Source: Octopus bimaculoides (Eukaryota). Taken from it: a stretch of 43,111 nucleotides of DNA. The notes beneath the pieces were generated by a model, which ran no database searches, was not told the DNA's origin, and saw only the letters and a program-made list of their open reading frames with translations. Made by a program: the position numbers and the translations under genes. The DNA lies in assembly GCF_001194135.2 (NCBI RefSeq), contig NC_068991.1:32468014-32511124 (forward strand), in the 5' to 3' direction. This document shows positions 21,307 through 33,806 of the stretch, piece after piece; positions within the stretch are counted from its first letter, which is position 1, and each line of letters opens with the position of its first letter.

Positions 21307-23469
21307 ACCACTGACAGGATATGTAAGATTTTATGAAATAGGTATGCAGGTACGAAGCCATAAGCATGTCTTAATGGAGAGATATCTATAAGATGATTTA
21401 GTAGGAGTACGGGAAGCTGTGTTGCAGTGGGAGCAGGCAACGAATCAAATCACTTCACAAAGGGGCGATTAACATGTTTTCCACTATCTGCATTCGTAAG
21501 CGGATGTCAATCATAATTTGTTCTACGCTGGAATAAATGCATGAATGCAAATTGTCAACAGATAATGTCTAGCAGCTGTACTGTGAAGCCTGAGATAACG
21601 TTGCTTATTGATTCACGAAATAGAGGCGTTTGTTGAAAGTCCCTCTACCTATTTTTGCCAATGAGAGGTGGTACTTTATGGATGTGTTCCAACGATGTGA
21701 GGTGAAATGACAAGGAGCAACAGTAGATGTAATAACAATTTTGCCACTTACCAACTGCAACTGGAGTAAAGGAGGAAGGGATAGCTTTGAGAGGAGAAGT
21801 TGTAGTGAAAACGTTGGAGCAGATCGTGACTGGTGTTAGCGAAAACAAAAGGGGCTTTTAAGTAAGATGCAGTCATCGCTCACGAAAAGGCGAGAATAAA
21901 CCAATGATGCAACACTATGCCATCGTAAGAGGATAAAAGCGGAGAGGGGTAAGCAGAACTGTTGGTGTGTTAGTAAAGAATGGCACCTAGTTGCTGCTTT
22001 GCGAGAAATGGTCAAGTACTTACTGAGTGTCTGAACAATATGGAGAAGAGTTGCCTTGTGCTGAGGCAGGAGAACAGGTGGTTCCTTTGGGGGAGGGGGT
22101 TGTGGTAGGAGACAAACAATGCGTGGAAGTAATTCGGGATGTCTGATGTTAGGTGGGCATCTGATAGCGATTTGAAGCACGATTGCAGAATGTGCATCAG
22201 TGCGGAAAATCAACGTAGGCTATTGTGTGAAAGTCGGATGAGATGGGTTAAATTTAGGTCTTGACGTGAGGGGTAAAAAGGCACGGTTACAAACGGCAGC
22301 AGGAAGAGAGGTGTGGAGTGTTGAAGCACAAATGAGGGGCGACAAACTGTAAAAATGAAGGGTTTCTGGGGCTGGGGGGAATTGGAGCTTATGTCGAGTG
22401 TAAAATAGAGCAGGGCGTTTATGGCTGCAGATGATGGTTTGACGGCTGTTTCAATCCAGTTAAGAGACCCACATAAGGACATGACTGATTGTAAGACCAC
22501 GTCAGTAGGAAGTGAGTTTATGTATGAAAGTGAGGACTTTTCAAGCAAACAGTATGAGGCCATAATAGCAAGTTTACAATAACAGAATGGCAAGGTCACA
22601 AAAACAAAGTGAGGTTGTAGGTAGGTACTGACAAAGTATGAGAATAAGATATGGTGAGCATAACAAAGTCAAGTGTCCGTCATTGTATGCATGAGCAGGC
22701 GATATGCGTAAGAGTAAAGAAATAGCTGTTATAGTCGATCCCCAGCATAAATGAATCTGAATAATCTGGTGTTACATCAAATGCTGGACCAATAAACACG
22801 TTGATTAAGTGGTACGCAGCTTCATTGTGCTTCTGTAGTTCAGTTTCAGTCTTCTGGTCATCCGCTGAGTACTGTGACGCCATGAAACTCTTTGGGTCAA
22901 ACTGCAAATGTGTACCAAGTTTGGTTGAAATTGGACGACTTTTTGAAAAAATTGATAATTATCAATAGAGTTTTTGCGAAAACCGAACATTGATGGAAGC
23001 AGTTGTTATGACTAAAACATTCCTCGGAACATACCTAATGCATATCTGAAATTTCAATCGAATTGGTCTGGTGGTTCAGCGGTTTGGCCCAGCTTCACCT
23101 GAAAGCACTTGTACAGGGAAACCGTAAACAGCGCAAAAATATAACTTTTTGAAAGACAGCTTGGATATTGATTTGATTCAAGAGGTTACCAAGGTTTAAC
23201 AATGTCACATCCCAAACCATCTTTACTCAAGTGTAAGGCCTCACGTTTCCGCAGTTTCACGGTAATTTATTAAAACCCGTACAATGCCAGTTACTACTGC
23301 TAGTGAAATGGATGAAGGAAGTAGTAAGTACTTACCAGTAGCTTGTGCAGTACAGAGGCTGTTATTGCTTTAATTATCTCATGCTACACATAGTAATCGC
23401 TTTCATTTATTGCAATGGAAAGCCTCTGCCGGATGTTTACTGTTGTTGGCAGTGGCTATTTTGAGGTTA

Positions 23470-24030
23470 CGTGGGGTCACAATCTGTGTGCACACCATTA
23501 TGGAGATTAATTGTCTATGCATTGGAGAAGGAATGGGGTCAGTGTTCTGAGAAAAACAAATCAGGAGCTACCTCAACAATTGATGCTTCTTGGGTCAAAC
23601 TTTTCTCTCAAGGTACTTACACTCTGTCGAGTATGCACACTGACGTTACACATCCATCGGAGCATACTGGCTTCATTTCTTGCGAGCTTACGCATGTCCT
23701 CAGCAGTCACGGCCCATGTTTCACTGCCATGTAGCTTGGCTGTTCGTACACATGCGTCATATAGTCTGCCTTTTACTCTGAGTGAGAGGCCCTTTGTCAC
23801 CAGCAGAGGTAAGAGCTCTCTAAACTTTGCCCATGCTATTCTTATTCTAGCAGCTACACTTTCAATGCACCCTCCCCCGCTACAAACTTGGTCTCCTAGG
23901 TAGTGGAAGCTATCAACTACTTCTAGTTTTTCTCCCTGGAGTGTGGCAAAGGTTGTTTTCTGCACATTTTCAGTGTTTATAGCTCTTGAACATCTGCTAC
24001 ATACAAAAACTATCTTGCTAGTTAGCCTTC
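23470..24030 (-). mobile_element. RTE LINE ORF2 fragment (same family as 1-2126), nested in the Helitron 5' region
   Basis: VVDSFHYLGDQ, AWAKFRELLPLLVTKGLSLRVKGRLYDACVRT and LHGSETWAVT are nearly identical to 1497-1900. Confidence 0.9.
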
Positions 24031-24032
24031 CT

Positions 24033-24063
<31 letters not shown>

Positions 24064-24743
24064 AAGATGTAAAAATATATATAAATACATAGTGAAACTA
24101 ATAGAAATGAAACTAATATGTATACATAGTGAAAGTATTAATGAAACTATTAAAACTGAAAGTATTATCTCACATTACAATAGAGATGTTATTGTTTAAC
24201 TTTTGACACATAGTATGGAGATAAGAGATTGCTCCAAGCTTGCATTAGGCAAGAAGTTGAAAATATTTTGGCCCATGACATGCATGCACCCTAAGTGAGA
24301 CGTGTAAAATTTGAATGAAATCGATCGAGTAGTATTTGTGGTTTAGTGATGCATACATAAGGACACAGACACATTCTCAGTTTTATATATATAGATCACT
24401 GTACTTGCTTTTATTAAATCATATTTGGTCAACCTTTACTTTTTCCTTCCAGTGTAATCTTTATATATTCATCTTATACAATATTTGCAATTTAATTCTA
24501 TAAACACTTCAACAAAGAAATAGATAAATTAACTGTGTATTTTGATCTTAGTTTTGTTTTTTTCTATGCTTTTCCAGAGCAACTTCAAGGAAATCACTTG
24601 ATAATATCTTTATACTACTTCTTATCAATGTGAAATTGGTATGAATTGTCAGATTTAAAAACCCATTAAAGCTGCTTCTAGGTTAGGGAAATCCGTCTGT
24701 AAGCAGGTTTTGTGGTTGTATCAGTCATTGCTCATTGAGTGTA

Positions 24744-25984
24744 CGAAGGTGGACTGAGAAGTTCATAGATTGACTATGAAGGAGTGTTGCTTGAGCAGTG
24801 TAATACTACATGCATTAATTTCATTTCTTCTTAATAATTGCATTGTTTCTTTCCTGGTAAACTGACTGCTAACTGTGCAAAGAAGACTGCAAAAGTAACA
24901 AGTTGTGACTTGTCTTCAAGATGGACAAAATTTGGCATCATAGTTTTATCAAGTACCTGCTGATAAAGGGTTTAGCTGACATGATTGCTATATTCGAAGG
25001 TGACATTCCAGCTTTCTCAACAGTGCAAAAGCGCGCAGATGAATTTAGGAAGGAAAAGGAGTCTTAAAGAAGAGCTGACGTCTGGACATCCAGTAACTGT
25101 CACCTCAAGGAAAACATTGATCATGTTCACCACATGGTGATGGGTGACAGGCAATTGACTATAAATCAAATAGCCAATTCTATTACCATATCCCATGAGA
25201 GAGTTGAGAATATTCTGCACAATGAGCTTGGCTTGACAAAAGTTTCTTCTCAGTGGGTGTCATATCTTCTGACATTTAATCAAAAATGCACCAGGCTGGT
25301 CACATCACAGGAAAATCTGACATTTGAGGCAGATCCAGTTGGTTTCCTTAAACAGTTCTTACCCCAGGATGAGTGTTGGCTTCATCACTTAGAGCTAGAG
25401 ATAAAGAGACAGTCTATGCAATGGAAACGCCCCTCCTCACCTGCTCCAAACAAGGCCAAAGTTGTTTCATCAGGGAAGGTGATGGCCTCAGCCTTTTGAA
25501 ATGTAAAAGGCATTGTGTTCATTGACTATCTTCAGATGCACCACACCATCAATGGAGAGTTCTATGCCAACTTGCTGAGGCAGTTACTAGACCAAATGCC
25601 AATAAAAACTGATGAAAGGGATCCTGTTTCATCAGGACAATGCTCCAGCACTCAAGTCCTTGCTTTGAATGGCTGCTCTGTATGACTGTGACTTTGAACT
25701 GGTTGACCAGCTCCCCTATTCTCCTGATTGAACCCCATCTGTTCCCCAACATGAAAAAACACTTGACTGGGAACCAGTAACCTAGATGATGATGTCATAT
25801 CTGCTGTTGATTACTTTTTTGACCACTTCAATGTAAGCTTATTCACGTATGGGATCGAAGCACTGCAACATTGATGAAAGAAATGTGCTGACCACAAGGG
25901 GAATTATGTTGAAAAATAAACCTCATATTGTCACATTATATGAGACTTTTTTGGTCAGCCTATAAACTTTTCAGCCAACCCATG
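24744..25984 (+). mobile_element. Degenerate full-length mariner-family DNA transposon (about 1.24 kb)
   Basis: TA-flanked degenerate TIRs (CGAAGGTGGACTGAGAAGTTCATAG versus the reverse complement CATGGGTTGGCTGAAAAGTTTATAG). Transposase remnants RQLTINQIA, DECWLHH, KRQSMQW, GKVMAS, FHQDNAPA and PYSPD are present with frameshifts. Confidence 0.85.
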
Positions 25985-26069
25985 TATGATGTCTTCAAAA
26001 ATCAATAAATACATAGTTACAATGCATAGGTGTTTCATACAATTTTTGTTTTATAACCAATAAAAGGGG

Positions 26070-26106
<37 letters not shown>

Positions 26107-26631
26107 TTATACATGTCACAAATTAAGGCGAGCAAGTTGTATATCTGTAGTTTTTTTGTTTTTTTTTTTGGCATGTCAAGCTATATTGAATTAAATTGAA
26201 AAGTGGTTATTTTGCATCCTCAAAAGTTCAACATGTTTCTTAATATTTTCTCCAAATAACTTTTTTTTATATATATAATTTAGCTGCAGAAGAAAGGGCA
26301 GTTTCCATGACCTCTAAAGCTGATAGAAGGAAGGGAAGAAAATATGCTCAGGCTGGAGACCAGCTTGAATTGTTGCATTGGTGTGGTAATGTACCAGCTG
26401 GGGCTGGATTAAGTCTACCATCCAGGAACAGTATCCACTTTCCAAATTCTGCTCTTAAGTGTTTGGCCAATGCTATACTTTGGTAGCAGCTGGGTAACTT
26501 GAAGGTGTTAGCAAAAGATCTGAAATGTTGTTTGACCAAGTTCAAAGAATAACTTTGAATTTTTTACACACTCTTTCATAGTGAATTTACATTCTTTCTT
26601 TTTTTTCTTTTTTCCATTTTCCTCCTTTTAG

Positions 26632-26786
26632 GATTTTGTCCCTCTCTATCAGAGCTGGGAAAGTTTCTACACTAGAAACTTGTATCGAAGAATAAGTGAT
26701 TGCTGGAATCGTCCTGTTTGTACAGCTCCAGGAGCAGAAATAGATGTCTTAGAACGAGAATCTCCTGATTTCGGTTGGAACTGGAA
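26632..26786 (+). CDS. SPTLC2: Serine palmitoyltransferase 2, coding exon 3 ([51 protein letters not shown]+)
   Basis: Long polypyrimidine tract with TAG acceptor and GAA|GTAAGG donor, 155 bp, phase 0/2. Close match to LCB2 DFV.LY..FE.FY.RNLY.RI.D.WNRP.C..PGA. Confidence 0.95.
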
Positions 26787-26899
26787 GTAAGGTTTTTGTT
26801 TTAATAGTGAATTGTTTTTTGAATTTTATGTACAAGGGTAGATAATGCTTAGAAGGTCTTATAGATATAATTGATAGCTTTTGTTAGCTTTTGCAACCT

Positions 26900-27260
26900 A
26901 ATCAGTAGTGGAGGTGTGTACTTTGCAAATATGGTACCCAGACAAGGTGGAAAAAATTCAGGAATCTATTGCTTATACTGGTAATAAAGGGATTCTCTCT
27001 GAGTGAAGAATAGATTGATGTTGTATACAAAGTATGATGCTGCATGGTAGTGAGATGTTTATTTGGAGAGAAGAGAAATAAGTATTCTCTGTTGGAAGTG
27101 TAATGTTATCATGCATGAACAACATGGTACAAATAAGCTGAGAGCTAAACTAGGTGTAAAAGGAATCAGTTGCAGTGTTCTAGAATGAAGACTGTTGGTA
27201 TAGACATTTGGTGCATATAACATATAACAGATAGGTAAAAAAAAATGCCAAAAGATGCAG
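26900..27260 (+). mobile_element. Highly degenerate RTE LINE fragment
   Basis: GGAAAAAATTCAGGAATCTATTGCTTATACTGG...CTCTCTGAGTGAAG, CATGGTAGTGAGA and GACTGTTGGTATAGACAT align with RTE ORF2 C-terminal DNA seen elsewhere in the window. Confidence 0.6.
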
Positions 27261-27599
27261 AAGGAAACTGTGGAATAGGAATACTAAAGTAGACATTGAC
27301 AGAAGTGGTAAAAGCTGATCTCATGATGTTGAACCTCATACTGGAGTTGACAAAAGAACATAAAAAAAGGTGAGATACTGTTGGAAAGGACCCCCCCCCC
27401 CATCCCCCATAACCTGTAGAACACTGGAAAAGCAAATGTAAAAGTGATGTGTTTATATAATAATTACCTTTGTGATAAATAACTATGTAGAGTAGTAGTA
27501 CAACTAATTGAATTAACATTGGTACATTTTTCATTTATGTTGATCTCACCACCTCTTAAAGAAATCAGTTTTGGCAAGCTAAAATAGCACTCAGCAGCA

Positions 27600-27987
27600 T
27601 TACATATGTCAGTAACAGAATTTTGGCTGCAAACTTTGGTGGAAACCCTGGTACAACAGTCATTGTGCATTATGCCTCAGTTGAGGGTTCACAAGATGTA
27701 GAACAACACAACAACAGTCTTGCTGATGTAATTCGCTCAATACAAGCTCACATGATATTCTTACTTGGTGATTGTAACGCATACATAGGAACAAAAGATG
27801 GTTCTTTCACATTTCGTGTGCAAACAAACAACAATGACTACTTACTCCTGGACCTTGCATTAGAAACCAATGTGGTTATTACAGATACTCGGTTCCAAAA
27901 GGGAAAAGGCAAGGTATGGACTTATGTCTCACAGCCAAAAGTGGAGAAACTCTATTTGAAATGTTGAAACACAACAGCTTTGCAAGT
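27600..27987 (+). mobile_element. RTE-type LINE endonuclease region, left part (split by the Gypsy insertion)
   Basis: VIVHYAS, IFLLGDCNAYIG, TDTRFQKGKGKVWTY and KWRNSI are apurinic-endonuclease motifs. The sequence continues at 31054. Confidence 0.75.
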
Positions 27988-30900
27988 TGTTATGGGGATG
28001 ATAATAATAGAACACCCCTCCCACATGATGAGTGGTATGTGTCACAAATACTGTAACAACAGTGGTGACAAGGATTTAGCAAACTCATGAGGATTAAACA
28101 AACTTACAAGGAATTCCGAAACTCAGAAAAGTTTTTTGTGTGAATTTTATGGTATACAAAAGTGTAAAATTATGGAAGATTTGTTGGCCAGTTTGCTCTA
28201 GTTGTAAAAACAGCAACAACAACAGCAGCAGCAGCAGCTGCCGGAACAGCAACAACAATTACTACTGCAAGAACAACAACAGCAATTACTATTACAGCGA
28301 TAACAACAACAATTACTATTACAACAACAAATGCTGTAATTAATGAATCGTAAATCTTCTAAAAATGCTGAAAAGATGTTCTTGTCAGATTATGTTGCAA
28401 ACTTGATAACAAAATTTAAGTATGAACCAGACGAAGGAATTACCTTCGAGGTGTACTGTAGAAGGTATGAACAGATCTTCAATAAAGAGTGCAAAGATTG
28501 GGACAATGTTATGAAAATGCATCTAATCCTAAGAAACTGCCTGCAGTAGAACATGAACATTACAGCAATTAGGTACTCCTGGAAAACCGTCTGATATAAA
28601 CTTTAGAAATACAATAGACATATTGTGTAAAATTTCTAGCAAGAAAAACTTGTTCAATACATGCTGGAAATGTTTGGACCTAGAAAAAAACAATGAGGAG
28701 GACTGTCACATATGCTGGTAGAGTTAAGAGAATGTGACAAGTTCAAACTGGATGAATTAATGCCAGATATATTCAAGATATATTCAGAGACTAACTGCAG
28801 AAAAAGTCAGTTCAGTCAAAGGTTCGAATGCAGCTGGGGGATTGAAACGAAAAATAATACATTTATTTCCAGATGTTTTCTTGGATGAACTGGGGTGCTG
28901 TATGAAAATGAAGGCAAAAATTGTAGTAAAACAAAGTGCAACACCTGTATCTATGCCAAAATGTAATGTACTGTTTGCAACACTAGAACAGGTAAATAAG
29001 GAACTTGAAAGCCTAAGAATAATTGAGAAGATGGACCACTCAGATTGGGAAACACCTACGGTCTATGTATAAAAAAAAGAAAAATAAGAGTTTGTGCAAA
29101 CATTTTAAGCGAAATCGTGATGGCACCTGTACCAGTAGATCACTAAGAGCACCGTCCGAGCGTGGTTGTTGCCAGAGCACCAGCTGTCTGGCTTCCATGC
29201 CGGGGGCACGTAAATAGCACCATTTGAGCGTGATCATTAGCAACGTCGCTTTCCTGGCACATGAAAAGACATTCAAGCGAGTTTGTTGCCAGTACCACTG
29301 GACTGGCTCCTGTGCAGGTGGCATGTAAAATACACCATTTCGAGCGTGGCTGTTGCCAGTACCTCCTGACTGGCCTCCGTGCCGGTGGCACATAAAAGCA
29401 CCCACTACACTCTCAGAGTGGTTGGCGTTAGGAAGGGCATCCAGCTGTAGAAACTCTGCCAAATCCGATTGGAGCCTGGTGTAGCCATCTGGTTCACCAG
29501 TCCTCAGTCAAATCATCCAACCCTTGCTAGCATGGAAAGCGGACGTTAACCATTTGAAGATATGGTAATTGCAACATTAAGATAAATAAAAAATGTAATG
29601 TAGAATGTAGTACATGAATTACTGGTGGCCCTTGAATGCATAAAATGAAATGTTGGAAAAGGACAAATTCATAACAAAAATGAAAAGAATACAGGGAAAG
29701 TAAATAGGAACAGGATTGGTGCAAAACAAAACCAAGACATGAATCTGTACTCGGTTTGTGATGTACTGATGTATGCACAGAGTAGTTATACCTGAAACAC
29801 TGCAAAAGAAAATATTAAGGGAATTCCATGTTGGACCGCCTGCTTTTATGCGAAGCTACATGTACTGGCCAAAAATGGTGAAAGGCTGTAGAGGATGTGC
29901 CCTTGTGGCAAAATTATCATTGATAAAAAGTGAAGCTTGGCCAAAAGTAGATGTTCCATGGTTGAGACTACACATGAATTTCGCTGGACCATTAAACAGT
30001 TCATACTACTTAGTGGTAATAGATAGTTTCTCTAAATGGCCAGAAATTTGTAAGTGTAAAAATGCCATCCTCCTCAACTACAGCAAACTTTCTACATGAG
30101 CTGTTTGCAAGATTTGGCATCCCAGACACGATAGTGTCTGATAATGGAACACAATTTATATCTTTTGAGTTTTATAAGTTCTGTAAAACGTTCACTGTAG
30201 AACATGTAACTATTGTGCTATACCATCCCAGATCTAACAGACAAGCAGAACATTTTGTCAATACATTCTAGAGAGCTCCAAGGAAGTCAAATAAGTAAGT
30301 CACAGATGAGGTAGCTCTACAACAATTCATAAGAGTATATTTTGTGACACCAAATTCAAACACACCAGAAGAGCTGATGTTTGCATAGAAAATAAAATCA
30401 GTCTTTGACGCATTATTACCTGGTAAGAAAAGAAAAATTGTAATGGATAATACAGCAAGATATTTCAAAATGGGTGGGAATGTATTTGTTAAGGCATATA
30501 AGTACAGAAAACAAATTTGGGAAGATGGTGTGGTTACCAAACACGTAGGAAAATGCTATACTTGGTAAAAAGAAGATAAGGGGTATACAAGAGACACATT
30601 AACCAACTAAAAAAAAAGATTTGTTGAGAGCGAACCCAAGAGAATAGAAGAATCCAATGGAATGGTTATATGGCACTTTTCAAGTACCAATGCCATTGCA
30701 AATAATTGAACCCAGACACACAAGAAAAAGAAAATGTATGGAGTTCCTGGAAATTGATGCCAAATGAAATAATATTAAATTTGTAACTTTATGAAAAAAA
30801 AAAAAAATAGGGAGGTGGAGTGATGTAAAAAATTAATGTTAATCAAAAGAAAATTACACTCCCTAAGTAAAATTTAAAAGGGGAGATATTATGGTGATAA

Positions 30901-31053
30901 TACTGGAACATCCCTCCCACGTGATTAGTATCTGCTAGTCATTACAAATACTGTGACTTTAAGAAGTCGGTTATAGTCGTGTCTTACTCATTTAGCTAAC
31001 TATACTGCTATACGGGAGTGGATGTTATAACAGTCTGATGTTGGATTACAACA
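27988..31053 (+). mobile_element. Gypsy/Ty3 LTR retrotransposon (Mag-like), internally deleted, with 5-bp TSD CAAGT
   Basis: 5' LTR TGTTATGG...AACAACA (27988-28061), then PBS-like TGGTGACAAGG. Gag (polyQ, KFKYEPDEGITFE..YEQIF) and integrase (WPKVDVPWLRLHMNFAGP, VIDSFSKWPE, IVSDNGTQF, YHPRSNRQAE) follow, then PPT AAAAGGGGAGA and the 3' LTR (30887-31053). CAAGT lies at 27983-27987 and 31054-31058. Confidence 0.85.
29107..29550 (+). repeat. RTE LINE 3'-tail copy nested in the Gypsy pol region
   Basis: Homologous to about 2320-2670 (GAAATCGTGATGGCACCTGT...GCATGGAAAGCGGACGTTAA). Confidence 0.85.
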
Positions 31054-31830
31054 CAAGTCTTGGTTCTGGCCACAGAATTTTATTAGGACAAATCAAACTG
31101 ACCTTGCGTACACGTACAACACCTGAGAAAAAGCAAGTATATGACTGGTATATCCTGAAAAGTGATACAAATTTACAGTGTCATTGTAAAGAAATGATTT
31201 GCTGCACTACAAAATGGTTCAAAGTCAATAACTGACCTATATGAACATGTCATCACCACTAACAGGGAAGTGAAAGAACATGATACCAACAAAGAAGCAC
31301 CATTCAATGAAAAGAGCATCAGCTGAACCAAAAGTTAACACAGCCAGGAAGAATGTGTAAAGAGCATTTAACTGCTATCGAGAATCCTAAAGAACACAGG
31401 CTGGAACTATAAGTTATCAAAGCCACTCTTCAAAATGCCTATGATACCATTGAGGAAGTGGAATTGGACTGCATGATTGATCAAATCAAGACAATAGATG
31501 CAAATTCATTGCACAGGGAAAGCTGGAAATTGATTAATCTGACAACCGCAAGGAAAGCAGCAAAGTCGGGCATCGTCCGTACAAACAGCTGAGAGGTGCA
31601 TGTCTAAAAGTGGTATCAACACTGAAGTCAATTGCTCTTAAGGTCTCTCCTTGTAAGCAATGACAAGAGATTTAACCTGTTTTCAACAATCTCACATATA
31701 AAACCAGACCCCTTGATTTGGAAGAACATCAGAGTGCCAAGAGTAGACTGAAAGAGGGAAAAGCTGCTGGCCCAGATTGAATTCCCCCTGAAGTTATCAA
31801 GAGGTGCAATCTGGATGAAATAATACTGGT
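31054..31830 (+). mobile_element. RTE-type LINE, right part (continuation after the Gypsy element)
   Basis: SLGSGHRILLGQIKLTLR (the SDHR motif) resumes exactly after the TSD. Later GKAAGPD*IPPEVIKRCNLDEII appears. Confidence 0.75.
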
Positions 31831-31849
31831 ATCACAGGAATACTTAGAG

Positions 31850-32945
31850 AATGACTTTTTGATTTCTTATGGGGTAGGAATCAATCTGTTGCAAACAGTT
31901 TGTTTCTCTGCAAAGTCACCTTTAATAAGTGGTATACCTCAGGGCAAGGTTCTAGGACCATTATTGTTTATTATTGCTCTATCAGGTATAAGCTCACAAG
32001 TGCACTCAACCAACCTGGTAGTTATGCTAATAACACAAAGATATCCAAACTTCAGAAGGTGCTGTTACACTCCAAAAATGAGCTTAACCTCATTTATCAA
32101 CAGGCAGATAAAAACAGTATAAAATTTAATGCATCAAAATTTTAGGTCCTTCATTACAGGGCAGGAATACACACAAATCACATTATTTGACACCAACTGA
32201 TACAATGATTCAAAGTACTAAGGACACAAGACATAGGAGTACCTATGTCAAATGATGCATCTTTTATTAGCCACACCACCAAACTGACCTCTAAATGCAG
32301 GTATCTCATAGGATGGATCCTACAAACCATCATGACAAGAGAGCTAGTGGTTATGCTGACTCTATGGAAAAGCTTAGTTTTAAGTAGATTAGATTACTGC
32401 TCACAATTTTGGTCTCCAAACTGCTGTGGTCTCATGGAAAAAATTGAAAGGTTTAAAAGAACATTCACCAGTAAAATAAATTTGTTTAAAAGCCTGAATT
32501 ACTGGCAATGCCTGAAAGCTCTGCATCTCTTTGAATGCCAAAGAGAGAGATTTACTCTCATATACATATGAAGATCCTGGAGGGGCATGTCCTAAACTTA
32601 AGCATCAGAAAGAATTTTAATGCACAAACTGTCAGCTTCCAAATATACCACCTTCAAAATCACAAGCAAAAACACTATATTGTACCAATCTGATATTTAG
32701 AGGTCCTTATTTGTTCTACTGCCTACCTAAAGAAATCAGAAATATAAAAGGGGAATTCACTGAAACATTTGATAAACTCCTAACAATGATACCAGACCAG
32801 CCAACCATTCAAGGATACACTCAGGGAATAGGATACACTGAGTCATAGACAAGCTTCCAGCCATAAAATGACAACAAAATTGAAAGAAGATAAAGGTGGT
32901 GCTCCAGCATGGCAACAGTCCTATGACTCAAACCATTAAAATAAT
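31850..32945 (+). mobile_element. CR1-group LINE 3' fragment (RT C-terminus and tail)
   Basis: SGIPQGKVLGPLLFII, SYANNTKI, FNASKF, WKSLVLSRLDYCSQFWSP and RERFTLIYI. The tail is GGTGGTGCTCCAGCATGGC...AAAATAATAAAAG. Confidence 0.8.
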
Positions 32946-33311
32946 AAAAGAATTATTAGTTTCTACTATATTATTAATCATTATTTTTTTTCTGATTGTC
33001 AATACTCAAAGGACACACACACATATGAGCTTACTTTCAAAACTGGTATAAGTGCATATTTGGTCAATTTCATGATAACCATCAAAACACAATCTGCAGA
33101 CTTCTGGCTTCACACGTGAAATTTTTTTCAGTTAGACTGAGATAGATGCCATATAAACAGTAGGTGAATCTTAGTCTTCCAGTCAAAATCTGATATATTC
33201 AAATTGTTTTAAACAATTACTCAAAAGTCATTCCGATACATATATCTGGTTTTGAAAGAAAGCTCTTCATACACACACACACACACACACATACACACAC
33301 ATGTATTCATT

Positions 33312-33576
33312 TGACTGTGCAGGTAGCACATTAATAACACCTTTTGAGTGTGGCCGTCGCCAGTACTGCCTGACTTGCCCTCATGCCGGTGGCAACGTAA
33401 AAAGCACCCACTACACTCTCGGAGTGGTTGGCGTTAGGAAGGACATCTAGCTCTAGAAACTCCGCCAGATCAGATTAGAGCCTGGTGCAGCCATCTAGCT
33501 CGCCAGTCCTCAGTCAAACCGTCCAACCCATGCCAGCATGGAAAGCGGACATTAAACAATGATGATGATGATGATG
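33312..33576 (+). repeat. RTE LINE 3'-tail copy
   Basis: Ends GCATGGAAAGCGGACATTAAACAAT(GAT)n. Confidence 0.85.
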
Positions 33577-33806
33577 AATAAGGTATCTTTGGCCTGATGA
33601 GTAGCTAGCAGAGTACCCTTTATTGAGTAATTACTACTTCCGAGGTTCTGCTAGCCAGGAAACATATGTAGCCTGGATTTTACCTACTAACTTCCTACAC
33701 CTGGATACTTGGATCTTATCTTTACATATACAGTAATACCTCAGTTTTCAAACAATTCTGATCATGAATAAATCATGTTTTATTTATACACACACACACA
33801 CATATA

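Larger units (their letters stand above)
16417..24395 (-). mobile_element. Large degenerate Helitron (about 8 kb) in SPTLC2 intron 2; the 5' boundary is tentative
   Basis: The minus-strand 3' end is ACCCGTGTAATGCCAGGT-ACTACTG-TTAG|T (decayed hairpin and CTAG) at 16417. The candidate 5' end A|TCTATATATATAAAA at 24395 shares about 100 bp with the 5' end of the Helitron at 2813-4154. It contains a RepHel pseudogene and a nested RTE fragment. Confidence 0.75.

Noticed and set aside
22680-22907. ORF fragment AFDVTPDYSDSFMLG resembling the AF.Y...DY motif of Helitron N-termini
   Set aside because: The similarity is too short to support a second RepHel start. It is covered under the unexplained-block finding.
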